A DNA stretch of 64,000 nt, from assembly GCA_030704615.1 (NCBI GenBank), contig CM060731.1:61380001-61444000 (forward strand). Direction: 5' to 3'. This DNA comes from Takakia lepidozioides (lineage: Eukaryota > Plantae > Bryophyta). The position numbers were made by a program, and so were the translations under genes. Every line of letters begins with the position of its first letter. Position 1 is the stretch's first letter. Below are positions 1 through 11,576 of the stretch, piece after piece. A model generated the notes under the pieces. The model made no database searches. It was given only the letters and a program-made list of their open reading frames with translations, and had not been told where the DNA came from.

Positions 1-723
1 CAGCACCGCACACTGTTCCAGCCCCTCATCATTGTTCTTTAAGTCTTTGAAATACAGGCACTTAACACATTCTTTTAGGTTCATGGCACACTGAAATGTC
101 AGCACTGTTTGTGCACCTCTTCACTTCATGAATAAAACCAAAATGGAAGCACGAAACAGTGTGCGGCACCGCACATTGTTTGTGCCCCCTTGAAACAATC
201 GTATTCGTTTGAACTTTGGCCCCCAGCTCCTCTGGTTGAGTCCAGTCACCTCTGTGTATCCCCCTTGAGTCAGATTGAAATGCTTGATGGAAACATGGCT
301 TGAACCATATGGAAATGCAAGCTTGAAACAGTGTACGGCACCGCACACTGTTTGAGCTCGTCATCAATGTTCTTTTTTCCTTTCAAATGTAGGCACTTAG
401 TACACTCTTCCAATCTTCATTCACACTGAAATGTGAGCACGGAACAGTGTGCGGCACCGCACACTATTTGTGCCACTCTTTTCTTTCATTTTTTGCTTCG
501 AAATGTACCCCTTCTACATTGAGTTTAAGGCCTGCATCACAACAAAATGGATCCACAAAACAGTGTGCGGCACCACACACTGTTTATGCCCCCCCGAAAT
601 AATCGTTTTATGTTTGAACTGTAACCCCCAGGTCCTCTTTTGGAGTTCACTCACCTCTGTGTATCCCCCTTGAATCATATTGAAATGCATGCTCTAGACA
701 GTGTACGGCACCGCACACTGTTT
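1..723. repeat. Array of 28-bp palindrome AAACAGTGTGCGG-CA-CCGCACACTGTTT (left half; continues at 21052-21640)
   Basis: Copies at ~1 (partial), 154, 326, 443, 558, 698. The array is split by the retroelement at 758-20993; removing it and one GAAA restores a continuous repeat unit. Confidence 0.9.
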
Positions 724-757
724 GAGCCCCTCTTCAATGTCAATTGTTTGTTTGAAA

Positions 758-1470
758 TGTCGTGCGCATACATATCGCTACACAACTACATCGTTGTCCA
801 AAACCACACAACACATGTGCACACCACACACTAGTATACCACTAGTCCACCACTAGTCCAACCACTAGGCTACAACTAGTCAGTCACTAGGCTGCCACTA
901 TGCTGCCCACTATGGCAGTCACTAGTCCACACAATGATAACGAAGAAGAATACAAGCACAAGCTCATGCGAGCTCACAAAGCTGAAGCATAAACTCATGC
1001 GAGCTCACAAAGCTGAAGCATAAACTCATGCATATATAACCTCATCACTCAAATACAAGTCAAGCCAAGTGCACCCCACGCCATGGGGAATCCACACTAC
1101 GGCGCCATAGCTAGGCGCGGTGAGGCTCAACTCGAGAAAGATGAGCCTCCCGCGCTTGCCGTGAAGATAACCACTCCAGGGCCTAAATCTGCCTTGACCC
1201 CTGGATTGACACTTGGGCCAATCCCAAATGTCAATATGTAAAAGCTAGCTATTTCCTAGATAGTTTCACACTAGTGGTAAAATAACTTGACAGCTGTCGT
1301 GCGCATACATATCGCTACACAACTACATCGCTGTCCAAAACCACACAACACATGTGCACACCACACACTAGTATACCACTAGTCCACCACTAGTCCAACC
1401 ACTAGGCTACAACTAGTCAGTCACTAGGCTGTCACTATGCTGCCCACTATGGCAGTCACTAGTCCACACA
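758..1470 (-). repeat. 3' terminal repeat block of copy 1: B1 (1295-1470), A2 (935-1292), B2 (758-933)
   Basis: Two near-identical 176-bp B repeats rich in ACTAGT. A2 matches A1 plus a ~31-bp internal duplication. The B1/A2 junction reads GACA-GC-TGTC. Confidence 0.92.
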
Positions 1471-1487
1471 ATCGCCCCCCTAGCTGG
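1471..1487 (-). promoter_or_regulatory. Polypurine tract of retroelement copy 1
   Basis: CCAGCTAGGGGGGCGAT immediately precedes TGTG of B1; same arrangement at ~29326-29342 in copy 2. Confidence 0.8.
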
Positions 1488-1730
1488 TGCTTAGGTCCCT
1501 CTAAGTCCAGGTAGCCACAAGATGTGATAGTGACCATAGCCTCACTAAGTCTTCCACCACTATCCCTACTACACTCAAACTCGATAGATCAAGAGGCCGG
1601 GTGCAAGAGTTGCCCCATCGTTAGTCGCCGTCTTGCAACCTGTGAACTTGAGCTTGGGATCTCATGTATTGACTCCTATGAGCTTGGCCTCCCATGTCTT
1701 GTTAGCTGCCTCCAGTCATGTCCACTGCCA

Positions 1731-1811
1731 CTATCCCAAGCAGTGTGGACACAACCAATCTCCGTCAGGAACCTTCTCAAGAGGTGGTGTCAAACATCCC
1801 ATATGCCAACC
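1731..1811 (-). pseudogene. C-terminal half of a PHD finger ending the pol ORF
   Basis: Translates GWHMGCLTPPLEKVPDGDWLCPHCLG*, matching the PHD pattern HxxCLxPPLxxVPxGxWxCxxC. It is joined directly to RT sequence by a deletion. Confidence 0.85.
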
Positions 1812-2118
1812 CCATGAAAGCTCGAACTCGGCTCACATCCGTGGGGCGTGGAATTTGTGCAATGGCCTCTACCTTAGTCTGCTGTACCCCCAATCCTCCA
1901 GGATATATCATGTGACCTAGATACTCAATCTGGTTGTGGAAAAACTTGCATTTCTCGGATGCAACTTCAATCCGTGCGCTCTCAAGCGCTCCAATACCAC
2001 CTGAAGGTATCTCTCATGCTCCTCCATCGTAACACTAAAGATGATGATGTCATCTATGTAGCACAGAGCAAAGTCCACCCCTACTAGAATCCTATCCATG
2101 ACTCTCTGAAACTCTGCA
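1812..2118 (-). pseudogene. Reverse transcriptase fragment (gypsy-type)
   Basis: FQRVMDRIL...CYIDDIIIFS...GLKLHP, frameshifted. Confidence 0.9.
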
Positions 2119-2340
2119 GAGGGGCTGCTATTTCATGAGCGGCATGAGCATGAGCGGAAAAAAAAAAAGCATGAGCAGACCATTGTGAGTCCACGGAAAT
2201 AGGGTAAGGAGGCACGGAAATAGGGTCATGTGAAGTTGGAATGTGGCACCAGTGGACTTGAAATGCAACATTTTATTGCAAATTTTGTGGCAAGCCACGT
2301 CTATAAAAGTGTGTTCTAACTGTCATAGCCGGAATGGGCA

Positions 2341-5300
2341 CTACTCTCCTACACCCTCCGAGGAACTTGCCCCACCTTCTTCCTCATCCCCCTCATCCTC
2401 CGAGCTCTGTGATGCATCAGTTCCACTATGCCTCTCAAAAATCCCGTCCTCTCCTTGGGGGACTATCCACCTCACCTCCTGGGAATCTTCTGCGTCTTCT
2501 CCCCCACTTTCCTCAGCAGAATCCAAGACAAATCTACGAGCCCGACGGGCTCTAATAGCTGCTGCCTCCTCCCTCATCTTCATTTTCTTGAGGTTTGCCT
2601 CGTCTAAAATTTGCTGTACACGACTAGGTTCGGAACACCTCCTAATGGATACCGAAGCAAGCCGGGCAGCATAAGTAGGAAGGATGTACTCCCTTTCAGG
2701 ACTAGGCATGAAATCCCCCCTGGCAAAAAAAGGCACGTTCCTCCTGCCCATGAACTCCGGTGTAGACGTCCCTCCGGCAGTACTTGGCATCCTACAGTAA
2801 GAACAAATCCACTTCAAGAATGTCAATACCAGCACAACCAGAAAGGGTTTTCAATGAAATAAGAGAGCGGAGGGAGGTGCCTCACGAAATCTAGAGGCAA
2901 CTTACAATGCCACCACTCACTCGTAAATCGGGGGCTCCTCGGCCTCGATTCCAACTTCCTCCCCCTGCTCCTTCTCGGATTTTTCCTCATCCTCCGAGGA
3001 TGTCTCTTCCTCTTTCGGCAGATGTTCAGCCGCTGCAAGTTCCGAGTTGTGGAGGGCAGTATCTGGCTCGAAGGTGAACACATGCCTGTCGGACAACGTC
3101 CCTGCCCACATTGAAGCACCTGAGGAACAAAGCGGGCGGTTAATAGCTTGCAGCATGCAATTGCAATCGGGCCAGGGGACAAACTGAGCACGTGAGGGCT
3201 TACCCGTGCCGCATGTGAGGTCCAAAATCCGCCCTTGGACATCCGAGCACGTCTCCATGAGGGTTTGGATGAAAGTAGGGCTCCGGGTCCGGCTGTACCG
3301 CCACGGTTTGCTTGTCTTTGTGTCCTTCGGCATACTGGAGTGGGGCACATAGTTGTAGAGGACATCGTAGGTTACAGGGTCCACACCGTCGTTGCGGAAT
3401 TTGAACGTAGACCCTCTCTTCACAAAGCAATATGCCTCAAACACCAATGTCTGCACATCCAACAAAGAAGGGATCAACTCCAGGGTCTACTTAACATACA
3501 CCACAATATGAAGTGAATGCAATAGATTGATAACTTACACTTTGGCCCTCTGTTCGCAACCCCTGTGTACTGATGCAGAACTATTTTCTGAGGAGGACCG
3601 GGGTGACACTTTTCGGTGTCCACCTTGCCACCGCATTCTCTGTGGTCTTCCCTCTCGTGGCAAGGACAACCACACATCCACCGTCATCCAGAAGCATCCC
3701 CGCCAGCCCAAACCCGCCTTTCCAGTAGTCCTCAGTAAACCTGTTCCAGGTGGGCACACCATCCAGGCCCTCCCAGCAGCTCCCCATCTGGAATGTCGAG
3801 GAGAATCATGTCGCAAGCTCTCTCCACCTCAACCCCCCCCCGAGTGCTCTTGCAATTCGTGCTCACAGCCGTGAAGAATTCCATCATGGCTTCAAAACCA
3901 GGGGTGTCTTTAGGCTCTGTACCGCCAGCCCTCTTCTTGGCTTTCCCCTTCTGCTCCGCCAGAGACTTGTTGTGTGCCACCTTCTTTGCCCTGGCAGCGA
4001 GAGCGTCAAGGAAGCTCTCATTGATGCATTGGATGATGGTTGGAGGTTCTAGCTTTGGCCTGTGCGTAAACGTCACCGCCGAATACCGCCGTGTAGGCTC
4101 GCCCTCAAATGCCAACTTCTTGGCAGAGCCAGTCCCACTCCGAATTGTGACTTGGGAACCCGGACGACCGGTGACTGGGTAGGAGCAACAGCAGTCGCAG
4201 GACCTTGAACAAAGTCGTCGTCCGAGTCACTCTCTTGGGTCCCCTCCTGCACCTCCTCCGATGCCCCGATGGTTTTCTTCTTTTTGGGTGTTACTGCACT
4301 CACCTGTTTCCTTGTCTTTTTCCTTTGGCCTTTACTCTTCTCATGCAATTTCTCCTGAATTCCTGTCTGAGCAAGCTCTGCCGCTTTCCTGGAGTTCGCA
4401 AGCGCTTTTGCCTCTTTTGCACCCAACGGAGGCAGCGGAGCCCGGTTTCGTCGGAATTCAGCATCCAGCTTCAATTGAAACTCGGATGGGTCGAGCGAGC
4501 TGGGCGGAAGGTCCACATACCAAGGGCAATCACGCAAATGTTCCAGATGCCACTCCTTCACAATATCGTCAGTGTACATGGAGTCAGCCCCAGGGTTCCT
4601 CCATGCCAGGAAGAATGGTGGCTCGAAAGACAGATGACCTTTTTCCAAAAGGGAGAACTTGCAGTACCTGCATTCATGAAAAACACAATGAGGTCCCTGA
4701 AATGCATATTCGGCACCATTTTCCCAGGTTGGGGCGGATGTGAGTGGGCCTAGAAATGGAAAAATGGCGCCGAATTTCGGCTTTCGGTGACTGCCACCCT
4801 AGGGACTTAGCCATCTTGGGAGCCCTGAACTGGAAATTCGGCGCCATTTTTCCCGGTTTGGCCCGAAGATGGCTAAGTCCCAGAACCGCAATAGGGCCTA
4901 GAATTGGAAAAATGGCGCCAAATTTCCAGTTCAGGGCCAGCCACCCTAGGGACTTAGCCCGAAAATGGCTAAGTCCCTGAACGGCAATAGGGCCTAGAAC
5001 TGGAAAATGGCGCCGAATTTCCAGTTCAGGGCCAACCACCCTAGGGACTTAGCCCGAAAATGGCTAAGTCCCTGAACGGCAATAGGGCCTAGAACTGGAA
5101 AATGGCGCCGAATTTCCAGTTCATGGCCAGCCACCCTAGGGACTTAGCCCGAAATTGGCTAAGTCCCTGAACGGCAATAGGGCCTAGAACTGGAAAATGG
5201 CGCCGAATTTCCAGTTCCGGGCATGCCACCCTAGGGACTTAGCCCGAAAATGGCTAAGTCCCTGAACGGCAATAGGGCCTAGAACTGGAAAATGGCGCCG

Positions 5301-8300
5301 AATTTCCAATTCGGGGCCCGCCAGTCTAGGGACTTAGCCCGAAAATGGCTAAGTCCCTGAACGGCAATAGGGCCTAGAACTGGAAAATGGCGCCGAATTT
5401 CCACTTCAGGGCCAGCCACCCTAGGGACTTAGCCCGAAAATGGCTAAGTCCCTGAACGGCAATAGGGCCTGGAACTGGAAAATGGGCCGAATTTCCAGTT
5501 CAGGGCCAGCCAGTCTAGGGACTTAGCCCGAAAATGGCTAAGTCCCTGAACGGCAATAGGGCCTAGAACTGGAAAATGGCGCCGAATTTCCAGTTTCGGG
5601 CCAGCCAATCTAGGGATTTAGCCCGAAAATGGCCAAGTCCCTGAACTGCAATAGGGCCTAGAACTGGAAAATGGCACCGAATTTCCAGTTCAGGGCCAGC
5701 CAGTCTAGGGACTTAGCCATTTTCGGAGCCCTGACTGGAAATTCGGCGCCATTTTCCCTAACACCACATGAGGCCTCTAACATCCTGAAATGCAAGGACT
5801 TGAAAGAAAGGCAGCGCGTATGTACCTGTACAGAAGGCGCATTGCTGCTTTGTCCGCGTTCGGCTGGTCGGTGAACTCGTGGCTCCGGCGAGCATCTGCT
5901 ATCTCCCGAAAGAATAGGTTGGTTTTGTAGAGCATAAAGTACCTCATCACATAGTCACGTAGGCTCTCTGCTGCAGGAGATATCTCCATCTTGAACTGAT
6001 GTGCTTGTGTGTCCAGCTGCTCTTGCACATTCATCGTCACCTGTGGAGATTCTCCATCAGATCGCTTTCCTGAAAAAATACAATGAATCCACCCCCTACT
6101 AGAGTAGAAGCCCCAAACGAAGCGTGGGGAAGTACCTGAAACCACCATGTCATGCTGTTCATCCACATGTCAAATGTGGGGTCAGAGAGTTTGTCCGATT
6201 TGGGGAAGCTCCACATGTCCCTGGTACTTTGGGAACCATTCCAGATTTGGAGCCACCGGGTCTGTCCAACCACCCAGCATATTCGTAAGCGCCAAACATC
6301 ACAAAAAGGAGTTGTTGCCACCACAATTTGGTTAAGAATGTATCACCTTTTCTGTTGCATCCACACAGGATGTGGCTAGACAATGGAGCTTCTCCAAAGT
6401 CATCGTGGGCTTCAGAGCGCGAGAGTAGTGCTTCCCCACCTCCACCAGAAAGTCGGCACCAAGGGCGGGATCAGCTATGGCCACGTACTTTACCATCCGC
6501 GACTTGTACTTTATGCGGGCCCTCACCTCCGCAGCTTTGACATACGATTCGAGTTCCGGGAGGGTTGGATTCTTCTCCTCTGACTCCATGTAGAACGCGC
6601 ATGTGCCAAATCCTGCTGTATTTTTGTCTGTCAAGAATGCGCACATAAGATTAGAGATCCTGCTCAACACAATTTCTTCTATTGGGGGAGGAGATTAGAA
6701 ATCACGGTGAAGACCTTTTCTTCTATTGGGGGAGGAGAGACAGATTAGCTCAACAAAACTGTCAGGAGCTTTACCCGAAATATGTAGTCCACCATGGCGT
6801 CGACGCTTAGCCTATACCAGGTTCTGTCTGCCTTTGCCTCCGACTTGCGCAGGAGGTCGGCACTGAGGGAATGGCAAACTTTTGCACCCCCTGCTTCCCG
6901 ACATCCTTCACTCGGAAGAGCATATGGGACAAGTTGGTGGCAATGAAGGCATTCTCAGTCACCCAGTGCCACATTTCCATCAAACAATACTGAAATGGGA
7001 ATTTTCATCATATATGAGGATTCGCAATGAAATGACTTCCAAATTCAAAGTCCAAAAGCGAGAGGCGTTGTAGCTTACGAGTTGATGTCGGCCATTGCAG
7101 CTTTGAGAAGACTGCGATCTTTGGGCCCCGCAACCTTCAGCACAACACAATCCATGACGAAATGCCAATCGAGGTCGTTGGGGTGGGCTTGGGCAATGTG
7201 CTCCATCCATGCCAGGAGGCGATGATTGCCGTCCCACACGTAGAACATCTTACCGGACAAGTGCTGGAAAAGAGGATCACTAGCAATCGATCTCTCGAAC
7301 TCCTCATTTCGCGTTTGCCAATGGGGACCCCATTTGTCCACCTCATCGGAAGTGTGGGCACGGGAAGCTCCGTGGTCGTTCTCAATGGAAACGTAAAACG
7401 CGGCAGACCCCATTCGATATCCATCCCGGAAAGAGAATTTCAGCTTGTCGATATCGCCTGGGAGGGCAGGTCTCACCACCTGCAATGACACCAAGCGGCA
7501 AAGGGGAATTCGAAGCTTGGCCGGGTACACCATGCCCCCCAGCACCCTGCCAATGTTGCTGTGGGTTGCCTCCAACATCTTGGCAGCGGCCAACTTCATA
7601 TCCGCCTCAGACATGACGTCTGCTGCAGAGGGGTTTTCCGGCAGCCCACCAGGACCGCCAAATCCAGCCTGTATGCTCCGGGTTTGGGGCCTGGGGATGT
7701 CCGGAAGGATGTCATCCTGGTCAGAAAGCTCCCTGTCATCCTCCTCAACAGGGTCAGCCACCTGCGAAACCACCTCCAGCACTCTCCCTGTCTCTACTGC
7801 CCTCTCCCTGGCTTCACCTCGAACTTGCACAATCCGTGCTCTTTCTGGTGTTCTTTCCTCTCCTCCACTCTCCACCGTATGGGTAATTGCAGGGGCTGCT
7901 CTTGCCCGCGATGGTCTAACCGGTGTGTTACTGCCTCTCTGTGGTGTCTTGGAGGGATCCACCGTCTCTGTGCGTCCCTCGCTTACATTGGCATCTGTCA
8001 TTTGGGCACCCTTGGCCTCTTCAGTGGCCTTTTCTCTTTCCTCCTGGCTAGCATTCTGTCTCGTCTGTTCTTTTGCCCTCTCTTTTGCCCTCTCACGGGC
8101 TTTCTGTTTCTTACTAGGGCTAGCAGCAGGGGAGCCCTCCAGGACGACCACCTTTGATTGAGGCGAACTGACACCCTCGCGCGCACTGCTCACTCCCCCC
8201 TCCGCAGCCCGTGACGGCTCTCTCGCCGGGGATTGCATGTGCTTAGCTTTCTTCTTTTTCTTTGCGTGGGCGGGCCCTACTGCATGTGCATGAACAACCT

Positions 8301-9101
8301 CCATTGCCGGATCTGCTGTCCTCATGTCCTCACGCCCTTCACCTGCCATGCCGCCTGCACCAACCTCCCCAATGCCTATTCTGTCGTACTCTCGTTGCAA
8401 GTCCTCCCGTCCACCAACAAAAGGTTTAAGTTTGCCCTCTCGCCCCAAGTTGGGCGATTCAAACATGCGATGAGTTGGAGCTGTCGATGATACCACCAGC
8501 GTGCCGGGCTCGTCGTCACTCTGTCATTCCCAAAAATCGTGAAAACCAACATCGGTGCAAAAACCAGCATCGCAACGAGCAGCGCAACCACCATAGCAAC
8601 AATCGTGTAACAAAAATGAAAACATAACAAGTTTAGGAAGTATGGAGAGCCATGCAACAACAATGAAAACAAATGCAACCATTGCCTGAGAATGACATGC
8701 ACAAGCAGCCTTCTCCAGAGCTGCCGGATTTGCACACGCATTGCAAACAATCTAAGGTTCACTCAACTATCTAAAGTTCACTCATCCAGCGAAGCCAGGA
8801 TGAAGATGCAAAAACAAAGCGAGGCAACAAAGCGAAAGCAAAAAAGAAATCGAACAAAGTGAAAGCAGAAGTGGCTTGCCTGAGAGTACTCGGCTTCAGT
8901 TGGCGCGGGTTGTGAGCAAGACACTGGAATCTCCTGCTGGAGCTTCAGTTTGGCCATGCGAGAGATTGGCCGTCGTCCGTAGTACAGAGCTTTCAACTTC
9001 CGCCGCGGTCTGGATGTAAGGTCTCTCTCAGGAGAGCCATGCCCTTCAGGCGGCATAAGTCCCAGCCAAAATGGAAAAAGATCTCCGTTTTTGGGGTACA
9101 T
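2341..9101 (-). CDS. Multi-exon ParB/Srx-like domain + beta-class N6A/N4C-type DNA methyltransferase protein, copy 1 (several apparent frameshifts)
   Basis: ParB-like LRIPLCRL..VVRP and FYVWDGNHRLLAW (~7080-7520). MTase motif IV-like ILLDIPD (~3790) precedes RSPTFIQTLMETCSDVQGRILDLTCGTG|AS...RHVFTFEPD (motifs X/I/II). GT-AG introns 4668-5825 and 3120-3203 are conserved in copy 2. Start codon uncertain. Confidence 0.75.
4740..5760. repeat. Intronic 95-bp tandem array with two hairpins per unit
   Basis: Period 95 (CTAGG at 4946, 5041, 5136...). Each unit has AGGGACTTAGCC-N7-GGCTAAGTCCCT and GAACTGGAAAATGGCGCCGAATTTCCAGTTC. Confidence 0.92.
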
Positions 9102-9299
9102 GCCTCGAATAGCATGTTAAGCCAAGATAAGCATGAGATTTAGGGTACGTATCCAGGAAGCCATGTGTCGCCAGCCCGAATGAAAACCGACGGCGGTGGA
9201 CATTTATTGCCCAACTGCGCAATTAAATGTCGGATGAAGCCCTCCATGTCGGATGAAAATCGACGGAAAGAGGCCCGGAATTTCCAACGTAGAGGTTAT

Positions 9300-11290
9300 T
9301 CGGAGCGCTGCACGATGGAATTCCGGCGCCGGATTTCCATCCTGCAAGTAATTCCGAGCGCAGCAGGATGGAAATTCAGCGCTGAATTTCCATCCAGCAA
9401 GGTAGGGCGGCGCGCGAAATTTCCCTCACGCAGGTAATTCAGAAGTGGATGGATGGAAATCCGGCGCCGGATTTCCATCCGCGCAGGTAGGGCGGCGCAC
9501 GAAATTTCCCTCAAGCAGGTAATTCGGAGGCGGATGGATGGAAATCCGGGGCCGGATTTCCATCCGCAAGGTTGGGCGGAGAGCAGATGGATGGAGATCC
9601 GACGCCAAATTTCCATCCTGCAGGTAAGTGGACTCCCGGATGGATGGAAATCCGGCGCCGAATTTCCATCCAGCAGGTAATTCGAATCCCGGATGGATGG
9701 AAATCCGGCGCCGAATTTCCATCCAGCAGGTAAGTCGGATCGCTGGCGTATGGATATTCGGCGCCGAATTTCCATTCCCCAGGTATTTCGAAGCGCTGAA
9801 TTACCTTCCTGCAGGTAATTCTGATCGCTGAATTACCTTCCTGCAGGTAATTCTGAGCACTGAATTACCTTCGTACAGGTAATTCTGAGCGTGTCGGATT
9901 GATTTTTCGGAGAAAAACAAACCTAACTGTTTGTTTTGTGGCTGAAGTGCACTTGTAGACACGTTTTTCTTGGAATCCTTGACTGCTAGAGGCAAATCGG
10001 AACAGCCTCGGACGGAAATTCGGCGCCGTTTTTCCATTCTGGGAGGTTTCTGCGACTTCGTTTGAGGGGGCCCCGATGGAAATTCGACGCCGAATTTCCA
10101 TCCGGGGGATGGTCTCTGTCGGAGAGGTGCCGGCCTCTCCGCCGCTCTGTTGGATATTTGGTGCCGAATTTCCGTCTGGGGGTTGAAATATGACGGCCAG
10201 GTGCCGGCCTCTCCCCCCTCCCCGACTGCATTGGAACGGCCCCGGATGGAAATTCGGCGCCGTTTTTCCATCTGGGGAGGTTTTTACGACTTCCTTTGAG
10301 GGGGTCCCGATGGAAATTCGGCGCCGAATTTCCATCCGGGGGATGGTCTCTGTCAGAGAGGTGTCGGCCTCTCTGCCGCTCTGTTGGATATTCGGTGCCG
10401 AATTTCCGTCTGGGGGTTGAAATATGACGGCCAGGTGCCGGCCTCTCCCCCCTCCCCGACTGCATTGGAACGGCCCCGGATTGAAATTCGGCGCCGTTTT
10501 TCCATCTGGGGAGGTTTATATGTCGGCCAGTTTTCGGTCTGACCCCCCGACACGACTTCCTTTGGGGGGGCCTGGATGGAAATTCGGCGCCGAATCTCCA
10601 TCCAGGGGATGCTCTCTGTCGAACACGTGCCGGCCTCTACGCCCGAGGCGACTTCATCCGGGCGTCCCCTGTTGGATATTCGGTGCCGAATTTCCGTCCG
10701 GGGGTTGAAATGTGATGGCCAGGTGCCGGCCTCTCCCCCCTCCCCGACTGCATCCGAACCACCCCAGATGGAAATTCGGCGCCGTTTTTCCATCTGGGGA
10801 TGTTTTTATTGCGGCCAGTTTTCGGCCTGACCCCCCGACACGACTTCCTTTGGGGGGGCCCGGATGGAAATTTGGCGCCGAATCTCCATCCAGGGGATGT
10901 TCTCTGTCGTACACGCGCTGGCTTCTGTGCCCGAGGCGACTTCATCCGGGCTTCCCCTGTTGTATATTCGGTGCCGAATTTCCGTCCGGGGGTTGTAATG
11001 TGAGGGCCAGATGGCGGCCTTTCCCCCGAGCCGACTGCATCCGAAAGACCTCGGATGGAAATTCGGCGCCATTTTTCCATCCGCGTAGGTTTTTATGTCG
11101 GCCAGTTTTCGGCCTGACCCCCCGACAGGACTTCCTTTGGGGGGATCCGAATGGAAATTCGGCGCTGAATTTCCGTCCGGGGGATGTTCTCTATTGGACA
11201 GGTGCCGGCATCTCTGCCCCAGACGACTTCATCCGTGCGGCCCATGTTGGATATTGGGTGCCGAATTTCCATTCGGGGGTAGTAATGTGA
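9300..11290. repeat. Intergenic arrays of palindrome (GAT)GGAAATTCGGCGCCGAATTTCC(ATC)
   Basis: Many exact or degenerate copies, in ~60-bp units (9310-9780) and ~240-270-bp higher-order units (10010-11290), between the divergent genes. Confidence 0.92.
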
Positions 11291-11576
11291 CGGCACGGTG
11301 CCGGCTTCTCCCCTTCAGCCGTCATCATCCGGACGGCCCCCCACTTTCTGACTGCATACCGTTGGCAGTTATTGCGCAAAGACCAGGGGCCGCATTCCGG
11401 AGACAAGGTTCATTAACACTCTGACTGTGGATTTTTGAGATAGTTGGCTCCCTGGATTTGGATCAGGCTTCGTCGCTCGGACAAATCGGCACCGCATTCC
11501 TTCCCATCGCTGCATCCCCCTTCTACCAGGGAGCTTCCCCGCACGCCATCCTGGCAGTCTTGTGTGCACATCTCCC

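Noticed and set aside
2341-9101. Bacterial or phage contamination explaining ParB + MTase
   Set aside because: The gene has GT-AG introns conserved between two diverged copies and is nested in plant retroelements.
9340-9890. GCAGGTAATT motif shared with retroelement UTRs (~20453, 40255-40320)
   Set aside because: Short motif with few outside copies; cannot be distinguished from chance.
9296-11296. ORFs with repeated MEIRRRISI / WKFGAEFPS peptides
   Set aside because: They are translations of the palindromic DNA arrays and appear on both strands.
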